Made by a program: the position numbers and the translations under genes. From a virus (Duplodnaviria > Heunggongvirae > Uroviricota > Caudoviricetes), in the IMG/VR virus record IMGVR_UViG_2693429733_000017: a stretch of 5,271 nt of DNA. One strand, 5' to 3'. Below the pieces are notes generated by a model. That model was not told the origin of the DNA. It saw nothing but the letters and a program-made list of their open reading frames with translations, and searched no databases. Positions 1-5,271 of this stretch are shown here, in pieces; position 1 is the stretch's first letter; each line of letters begins with the position of its first letter.

Positions 1-38
1 TAAGTGATACTGGTTGTCTGGAGATTCAGGGGGCCAGT

Positions 39-386
39 CTACTGTGTTTCTGTTAGCCATTGTCCGGCGGCTTTTTGCTGGGTAATGCTTGCCTGCACCT
101 CTCTGGCTGATCTTTGCCAATATTTAGAAGTTAAGAGGAGGTCGTCCGCTAAATCTTCCAGACGACTACCGATCTGTGCGTCGGTATAGCCCTTTTTCAC
201 CATTCCGTTGACAGCTTTTGAAATTAAACCAGCAGAGTTATTGGCAAAGTCTTTCAAATCCTTTTTAGTTAAGAATCCTTCATTCATTAAAGTGTTAATA
301 CCAGAATCACCGCCCTTCCATATGCCTTTCCCTGTTTTCTTATCAACTACATATTCAGCCTCGTCATAGCTTTTGGTAGCGCGTTC
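39..386 (-). pseudogene. 3' fragment of an unidentified protein-coding gene, N-terminal part removed by the IS911 insertion
   Basis: Minus-strand frame is open from the IS911 left end (386) to a stop at 39-41; the listed 82-aa ORF (39..287) is its internal-Met part. No family recognised from the ~116 aa remaining. Confidence 0.4.
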
Positions 387-422
387 TGAAGTGGCACACT
401 GAATTTGGCCACCTGAACAGAG
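387..422 (+). repeat. IS911 left terminal inverted repeat (IRL)
   Basis: TGAAGTGGCACACTGAATTTGGCCACC at 387 onward pairs imperfectly with the reverse complement of the right end (TGAAGTAGTCAACAAAAACTGGCCACC). Confidence 0.7.
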
Positions 423-458
423 GTGATATGCTCACCTCAGAACAACACAGGTGCTCCA

Positions 459-1635
<1,177 letters not shown>

Positions 1636-1706
1636 CCCTTGCTGGACTTGAACCAGCGACCTGGCGATTATGAGTCGCTCGCTCTGACCAACTGAGCTAA
1701 AGGGCC
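1636..1706 (-). tRNA. tRNA with anticodon CAT, tRNA-Ile2 (lysidine, AUA-reading) type, 3' end truncated by IS911
   Basis: Reverse complement reads GGCCCTTTAGCTCAGTTGGTCAGAGCGAGCGACTCATAATCGCCAGGTCGCTGGTTCAAGTCCAGCAAGGG. It folds as a cloverleaf (D stem GCTC/GAGC, anticodon loop CTCATAA, T stem GCTGG/CCAGC, T loop TTCAAGT). The 5' acceptor strand GGCCCTT needs AAGGGCC, but only AAGGG is present before the IS terminus. Resembles E. coli ileX/ileY from memory. Confidence 0.75.
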
Positions 1707-1715
1707 GAAGGCAGA

Positions 1716-1744
1716 ATAATAACCATATGTCATCACATCTGCAA
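1716..1744 (-). promoter_or_regulatory. Candidate sigma70 promoter for the tRNA gene
   Basis: Minus strand: TTGCAG (-35, plus 1739-1744), 17-nt spacer, TATTAT (-10, plus 1716-1721), about 9 nt upstream of the tRNA 5' end. Confidence 0.35.
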
Positions 1745-1792
1745 ACTCATCTGACCACCAGCACGTTTAACGTCCTGTGCCGTTTTTCAGGT

Positions 1793-1820
1793 ATAAAAAA
1801 ACCCGCATAAAGCGGGCTCT
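1793..1820 (-). terminator. Rho-independent terminator downstream of the Q-like gene (candidate tR'-type terminator)
   Basis: Minus-strand RNA: CCCGC-UUUAU-GCGGG followed by UUUUUUU (plus-strand A-run 1795-1801, stems 1802-1806 and 1812-1816). Confidence 0.6.
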
Positions 1821-1895
1821 TTCAAATGTCCATGTCTGCTATTCGCCTCGCGGTACAGCTTTGCGAAGCGTACAAGAATTGAAGCAGTTTTTACG

Positions 1896-2450
1896 TCAAA
1901 AAGCAATAACTTTTTTCTCTATACCAAAAGCCATAACCATTGGTTTGTACAAAATAAATTCTGCCACCTTTAGCCAATGCTCAATGCGTCTTTCACAGGT
2001 TCTTAAACTCCATTTCGGGTGTGCATCATTCAGCAGTTCAGCCATTTTGCGTTTGGTCATCCCCCGCCCCTCATACCGTTGCCGAAGGACGCTAATCAAT
2101 CCTGGATGCTCTGCCAGCACCTCACTTATGACCCGATCAATACATAACGCCTCTGCATCAGTACAATGCGCCAGCCAGCTCTTTTGCTTACCGTTAATCA
2201 TATCCCGCAAAAAAGCCTCAAGTTCAGACTTGTTCAGACCTGCTTTTTTCATCCTCCGGAGCGCCTCGTTAATTGCCGTTTTTGTCAGCTTTTTAGAGGT
2301 CAACATCAGGTTAAACATATTCCCCGTCTTACCGCCACCAATATACGACCAGCGCCCCCACATACGTAGTTTTCCCTGAATCCAGACACTTTCCAGCGTG
2401 GTGAGACGAAGGTGTTCTCCGCTTTTTCCTGTATTCGTTGGGTAAATCAT
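1896..2450 (-). CDS. Putative phage late-gene antitermination protein Q (Q-like)
   Basis: ATG at 2450 with strong SD (AGGAGG, 7-nt spacer); 184 aa MIYPTNTGKSGEHLRL... Shares motifs (WG.W, LxTSKxK, GMT) with my memory of DLP12/933W-type Q. Sits immediately after the YbcO-like gene and before terminator and tRNA, the Q position in lambdoid phages. The listed longer ORF to 2570 overlaps the upstream gene and lacks an RBS. Confidence 0.55.
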   Translation of the reverse strand: MIYPTNTGKSGEHLRLTTLESVWIQGKLRMWGRWSYIGGGKTGNMFNLMLTSKKLTKTAINEALRRMKKAGLNKSELEAFLRDMINGKQKSWLAHCTDAEALCIDRVISEVLAEHPGLISVLRQRYEGRGMTKRKMAELLNDAHPKWSLRTCERRIEHWLKVAEFILYKPMVMAFGIEKKVIAF

Positions 2451-2737
2451 AAATATCCCTCCTTTCTCCAGATTTCTTGTGTGCGAAAAACACCTTCTGC
2501 ATGCATCAGGCGTAATTCTTCTTTGGTGTAATCGCTGGTTTTTACCCGCCCGTCGATTAAATCGTGGCACGAGCTACAGGCAATCGCTGCCTGCATATCG
2601 TGTGGCTTTATCGCTGTTCCGCACGTTCCCGCCAGTCGGTAATGCGCCAGCACAGACGTTTCCGGATCGTGATTGCAGTAGCCAGGAATTCTGACGGTGC
2701 ACATCTGCCCCCGCGCCGCTTTACGTAAATCCACCAT
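2447..2737 (-). CDS. YbcO-like phage protein (DUF1364-type, putative Zn-binding nuclease)
   Basis: 96 aa MVDLRKAARGQMCTVRIPGYCNHDPETSVLAHYRLAGTCGTAIKPHDMQAAIACSSCHDLIDGR...; four-Cys pattern and overall similarity to DLP12 YbcO as I recall it. SD GGAG 8 nt upstream. Start overlaps the upstream stop (TAATG), stop overlaps the Q start (ATGA). Confidence 0.7.
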   Translation of the reverse strand: MVDLRKAARGQMCTVRIPGYCNHDPETSVLAHYRLAGTCGTAIKPHDMQAAIACSSCHDLIDGRVKTSDYTKEELRLMHAEGVFRTQEIWRKEGYL

Positions 2738-3336
2738 TACGCAAACTCCAGCAGCTGCGCGGCCACATTTTCGACTTGTTCCGGAGAGGAAAATTTACGG
2801 AACAGAATCCAGTTCCACAGCACATTCAGAACAGATTTATAAACCTGCTGAAACTCGGTTTCGTCCATATTCGCAAACGCGATAGATTTCGCCCGACACC
2901 CACGGCTACCGTCCGGATAAAAATGCTCGGTGTAAAATCCGGCCTGAATGGCTACCCACTCGCGGAAAGCCTCAAACGACTTTAGCAATGCCGTATCACT
3001 GGTTCTGCGTGTCGCAACTGTATTCAGATATTGCTCTGCGGCTTCGCTCAGAGCTGGCGTATGTTCCCGGCCTACTGATTCACACAGGTAATCAACGAAA
3101 CCGGACACCAGTTTTCGTTCGCGAGGCGTGATCGCCCCACCGACCGGAGTCCAGTAATCGAAACCCAGTTGCAGGAGTTTGAAAAAACGCTTGTGGAATG
3201 CGTAGTTACACACACGCTTAAAGTCTGCGTGTATCCACTCACCTATTTTGATTTGATGCAGAAAATCGCAACTCTCCGGCGTCGCCGGGAGAAGTAATCC
3301 GGAAGAGGTTTGTTTGACCAGTTGTATATGTGCCAT
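2737..3336 (-). CDS. YbcN-like phage protein (DUF1367-type, assigned from memory)
   Basis: ATG at 3336 with SD GGAG 7 nt upstream; 199 aa MAHIQLVKQTSSGLLLPATPESCDFLHQIKIGEWIHADFKRV... The listed ORF start at 3378 is a TTG overlapping the upstream stop with no SD. Confidence 0.55.
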   Translation of the reverse strand: MAHIQLVKQTSSGLLLPATPESCDFLHQIKIGEWIHADFKRVCNYAFHKRFFKLLQLGFDYWTPVGGAITPRERKLVSGFVDYLCESVGREHTPALSEAAEQYLNTVATRRTSDTALLKSFEAFREWVAIQAGFYTEHFYPDGSRGCRAKSIAFANMDETEFQQVYKSVLNVLWNWILFRKFSSPEQVENVAAQLLEFA

Positions 3337-3374
3337 CGGCTTTCTCCGGTGGCACGGTGTTACACAGCAGGAGT

Positions 3375-3662
3375 TCAATCCTGCTCAAGATTGTAGATGA
3401 GTTTATTCTTCAGCAAAAGCAGAAAACCAGCCTTAAAACCAATCTCTTTCAAAACCCGTAATGATGTGACAAATTCGTCCTCACGCAAAATAAAACCGTC
3501 CGTCAGAAGTCCATTACAAAAATAAAATAACACAGCACCGCTCTTCCTTTGTTGAGATTGCAAACATCTAATGCGGCAATGGCTGACAATCGCTCCATTC
3601 TCAACGCGCACAGCATAGAGGCCATTTTCACTAAAAATTTCACGCAATTCTTCGATTTTCAT
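3375..3662 (-). CDS. Hypothetical 95-aa protein, first gene of the nin-like operon, function unknown
   Basis: ATG at 3662 preceded by GGAAGGA; 95 aa MKIEELREIFSENGLYAVRVENGAIVSHCRIRCLQSQQRKSGAVLFYFCNGLLTDGFILREDEF... No family recognised. Occupies the position of rem in the Qin prophage (hokD-rem-ydfU-quuQ), as I recall that map. Confidence 0.5.
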   Translation of the reverse strand: MKIEELREIFSENGLYAVRVENGAIVSHCRIRCLQSQQRKSGAVLFYFCNGLLTDGFILREDEFVTSLRVLKEIGFKAGFLLLLKNKLIYNLEQD

Positions 3663-3743
3663 CTTCAGAATCCTTCCAGATAAATAGCTCTCCCCTGTTC
3701 GGGGTCCATCCCTCTTCTCCCTGCGCGCTACTTAAGTGAGTCG

Positions 3744-3771
3744 ATTCTATCTGCGAAGGTGCGCGAATCAA
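3744..3771 (-). promoter_or_regulatory. Candidate sigma70 promoter for the 95aa-YbcN-YbcO-Q operon
   Basis: Minus strand TTGATT (plus 3766-3771), 16-nt spacer, TAGAAT (plus 3744-3749), about 80 nt upstream of the ATG at 3662. Confidence 0.3.
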
Positions 3772-3789
3772 ATTCACCGGAAATAAACA

Positions 3790-3833
3790 ACAAAAAACCC
3801 GCCGAAACGCTGAGAGATCACAGCGATGGGCGG
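3790..3833 (-). terminator. Rho-independent terminator at the 3' end of the hok mRNA
   Basis: Minus-strand RNA has stem CCCGCC...GGCGGG (plus 3798-3803 / 3828-3833) with a nested CGCTG/CAGCG stem, followed by UUUUUU (plus A-run 3792-3797). Confidence 0.6.
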
Positions 3834-3839
3834 GTTAAG

Positions 3840-3855
3840 TGCGGGTGCGTTGAGG
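3840..3855 (-). promoter_or_regulatory. hok mRNA 3' fold-back-inhibition (fbi-like) element, complementary to the mRNA 5' end
   Basis: Plus 3840-3855 TGCGGGTGCGTTGAGG equals the reverse complement of plus 4226-4240 (TGCGGGTGCTTGAGG) apart from one bulged G, so the two pair within the minus-strand transcript. Confidence 0.45.
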
Positions 3856-3911
3856 ATGCCTGACACATCAGAGGTGGGCGGGGATGGGATCAGCTCCCCG
3901 CCCGGTCACTC

Positions 3912-4067
3912 TTACTTCCTGGATTCGTAGTCTACGAAGACAGCGACCTCCGTCTGGCCGGTTCGGATTCGTACCTCACAGAGGTCTTTCCTCGTTACCA
4001 GTGCCGTCACTATGACGGTTAAACAGATGACGATCAGGGCGATTAACATCGCCTTTTGCTGCTTCAT
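3912..4067 (-). CDS. hok: Hok-family type I toxin (small membrane peptide), closest to HokD/RelF and HokC/Gef
   Basis: 51 aa MKQQKAMLIALIVICLTVIVTALVTRKDLCEVRIRTGQTEVAVFVDYESRK, near-identical over most of its length to E. coli HokD/HokC as I recall them. ATG at 4067. Confidence 0.85.
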   Translation of the reverse strand: MKQQKAMLIALIVICLTVIVTALVTRKDLCEVRIRTGQTEVAVFVDYESRK

Positions 4068-4124
4068 AGCCTGCTTCTCCTTGCCTTTCGGCATGTAAGA
4101 GGCTAACCTACATGTGCAAAGCAT
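3912..4124 (-). CDS. mok: Mok-like in-frame upstream extension of hok (modulation-of-killing reading frame)
   Basis: ATG at 4124 with GAGG 8 nt upstream; 19-aa extension MLCTCRLASYMPKGKEKQA in frame with hok, the same arrangement as mokC/hokC in E. coli K-12. Confidence 0.55.
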   Translation of the reverse strand: MLCTCRLASYMPKGKEKQAMKQQKAMLIALIVICLTVIVTALVTRKDLCEVRIRTGQTEVAVFVDYESRK

Positions 4125-4188
4125 GAAATTGGCCTCAGATTAATGTTAAGCGTCTTGCCGGACGCGTAATGTTAACTGGGGCTTTTCT
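4117..4188 (+). ncRNA. sok: Predicted Sok-like antisense RNA (boundaries approximate)
   Basis: Plus-strand candidate promoter TTGCCT (4081-4086), 17-nt spacer, TAACCT (4104-4109). The transcript would be antisense to the mok start and SD (4122-4136), then an imperfect hairpin at 4141-4174 and a U-rich tract at 4182-4190. Architecture only; no direct homology confirmed. Confidence 0.3.
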
Positions 4189-4225
4189 CTATCTGCCTTT
4201 TGGTGTTCATGCCTGAAGCAGATAG

Positions 4226-4240
4226 CCTCAAGCACCCGCA
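4226..4240 (-). promoter_or_regulatory. hok mRNA 5' tac-like element, pairs with the 3' fbi-like element
   Basis: RNA 5' region GCGGGUGCUUGAGGCU...; complementary to the 3' element at 3840-3855. Confidence 0.45.
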
Positions 4241-4243
4241 GTC

Positions 4244-4273
4244 ATTCTACTTACCTCGCCAATATGAAATCAA
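4244..4273 (-). promoter_or_regulatory. Candidate sigma70 promoter of the hok/mok mRNA
   Basis: Minus strand TTGATT (plus 4268-4273), 18-nt spacer, TAGAAT (plus 4244-4249); predicted start about 4237-4239, right at the beginning of the tac-like element. Confidence 0.4.
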
Positions 4274-4294
4274 TCAGAAAGGTGCCCCATAAAA

Positions 4295-4981
4295 TCACTC
4301 CTTCTCTTCTTTACCGTAGTGGAGTTGACCAATTTTGATAAGAGGGCGTCCCTGAGATTTGCGGTGTAGATTGGTATCGCGCAGAGAATACACACAGCCA
4401 CAATATTCCTGCTGATAGAATTTTTCGCGCTTGCTGATTTCAATCATACGGGACGAGCCGCCCTGCTTGCGCCAGTTATAATCCCAGTACACCATGCCCG
4501 GATAATGCGCGACGGCTCGCCGCCCACAGTCGTTAACCTGCTGCATATTTTTCCAGCGTGAAATGCCCAGTGAACTGCTGATCACACTGAAACCATTTTC
4601 AGCGGCGTACAGCGCCGTCCGCTCAAAACGCATGTCAAAACACATGGTGCAACGGATCCCTCGTTCGGGCTCCCATTCCATTCCTTTGGCTCGTTCAAAC
4701 CAGTTGTCTGTGTCGTAATCAGCATCAATAAACGGCACGCCGTGTTGTTCAGCAAAGCGAATATTCTCATCCTTACGAATTAAATACTCTTTCTGAGGAT
4801 GAATGTTCGGGTTGTAGAAAAAGATGGTGTAGTCGATTCCCGAGGCCTGAAGCGCCTCCATCACCTCACCGGAACATGGAGCACAGCAAGAGTGCAGTAG
4901 TAGTTTGTTTGCCCCGTTTGGGAGCTCCAATTTGGGCCGTTTGAAATCAGCAACTGTCATAAATATGTTTATTGGGGTCAT
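4295..4981 (-). CDS. queH: QueH-like protein (DUF208 family, putative epoxyqueuosine reductase or related Fe-S enzyme)
   Basis: 228 aa with [48 protein letters not shown] and a C-terminal [10 protein letters not shown] Cys motif, all typical of QueH/DUF208 as I recall the family. Start uncertain: ATG at 4981 or 4960, neither with a clear SD. Confidence 0.8.
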   Translation of the reverse strand: MTPINIFMTVADFKRPKLELPNGANKLLLHSCCAPCSGEVMEALQASGIDYTIFFYNPNIHPQKEYLIRKDENIRFAEQHGVPFIDADYDTDNWFERAKGMEWEPERGIRCTMCFDMRFERTALYAAENGFSVISSSLGISRWKNMQQVNDCGRRAVAHYPGMVYWDYNWRKQGGSSRMIEISKREKFYQQEYCGCVYSLRDTNLHRKSQGRPLIKIGQLHYGKEEKE

Positions 4982-5128
4982 AAAAATATCAAAGAGTGTA
5001 GCATTAGAACGGGGCTATCGGAAACAGATGTGTGACTGCTCCCCGCCCTTTCGGGCGGTCTCCTGATGATTTGAGGGTGCAGAAATCCCTCCGGTTAAGG
5101 ATTAAATTTTTAACAGTGCTAAATTTAA

Positions 5129-5269
5129 TTATTCAGTTCTGGATTTTGTCGCCCTGCGTATCCGCGCTTTCGCGTTACGCTCAATCTGTATCAGCTTTTC
5201 TATATTTCTCCGCCTTTCCTGTTCCTCCTGGCGCAATAGCCTTACATCATCTGCCAGTCTGGTTTCTCT
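5129..5269 (-). CDS. Possible 3' end of a gene whose start lies beyond the window (low confidence)
   Basis: Minus-strand frame is open from the window edge to TAA at 5129-5131: ...RETRLADDVRLLRQEEQERRRNIEKLIQIERNAKARIRRATKSRTE. Only 46 codons, so it could be chance; rich in AGA/AGG/ATA codons. Confidence 0.2.
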   Translation of the reverse strand, partial: RETRLADDVRLLRQEEQERRRNIEKLIQIERNAKARIRRATKSRTE

Positions 5270-5271
5270 TT

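Noticed and set aside
4-189. 61-aa plus-strand ORF at the left edge
   Set aside because: Overlaps and is antisense to the longer minus-strand frame that runs into the IS; no start context.
1777-2379. 200-aa plus-strand ORF
   Set aside because: It lies entirely antisense to the Q-like gene, which has a strong SD, family-like motifs and operon context. It has no RBS or recognisable features and is likely a shadow ORF.
1896-2570. Long form (224 aa) of the Q-like ORF
   Set aside because: The extension overlaps the YbcO-like gene by 120 bp in another frame and has no SD, while the internal ATG at 2450 has AGGAGG at ideal spacing.
2166-2985. Plus-strand ORFs 2166..2369, 2479..2694, 2697..2885 and 2776..2985
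   Set aside because: All are antisense to the tightly packed minus-strand operon and show no start signals.
2737-3378. Long form (213 aa) of the YbcN-like ORF
   Set aside because: The start is a TTG overlapping the upstream stop with no SD; the ATG at 3336 has GGAG 7 nt upstream. The long form remains possible through translational coupling.
3876-3903. 9-bp GC inverted repeat (GGGCGGGGA / TCCCCGCCC) just after the hok stop, considered as a terminator
   Set aside because: No U-tract follows on the minus strand; more likely part of the structured hok 3' UTR, with the true terminator at 3790-3833.
4582-4770. 62-aa minus-strand ORF inside the QueH-like gene
   Set aside because: An alternative frame nested within a well-supported CDS.

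Overview
This window looks like a fragment of a defective lambdoid prophage from an enterobacterium (E. coli/Shigella-like), cut at its left side by a complete IS911 copy (IS3 family, 387-1635, orfA/orfB with an A6G frameshift site). All prophage genes are on the minus strand. Read in their direction of transcription (high to low coordinates) they are: a possible partial ORF running off the window edge; a QueH-like (DUF208) epoxyqueuosine-reductase homologue; a hok/mok/sok-type type I toxin-antitoxin locus with promoter, 5'/3' complementary elements and terminator; a 95-aa unknown protein; a YbcN-like and a YbcO-like protein; a Q-type late antiterminator; a short terminator; and a tRNA with anticodon CAT that resembles tRNA-Ile2. 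The last four genes are translationally coupled. The tRNA has lost its 3' end to the IS911 insertion, and the IS has no target-site duplication, so the late region beyond it appears to have been deleted. Left of the IS is the 3' fragment of an unrelated, unidentified gene. All family assignments are from motif recognition and memory of reference sequences, with no database search. The most unusual content is the QueH-like tRNA-modification gene sitting in a prophage that also carries its own tRNA, followed by the unidentified 95-aa protein and the YbcN/YbcO pair.
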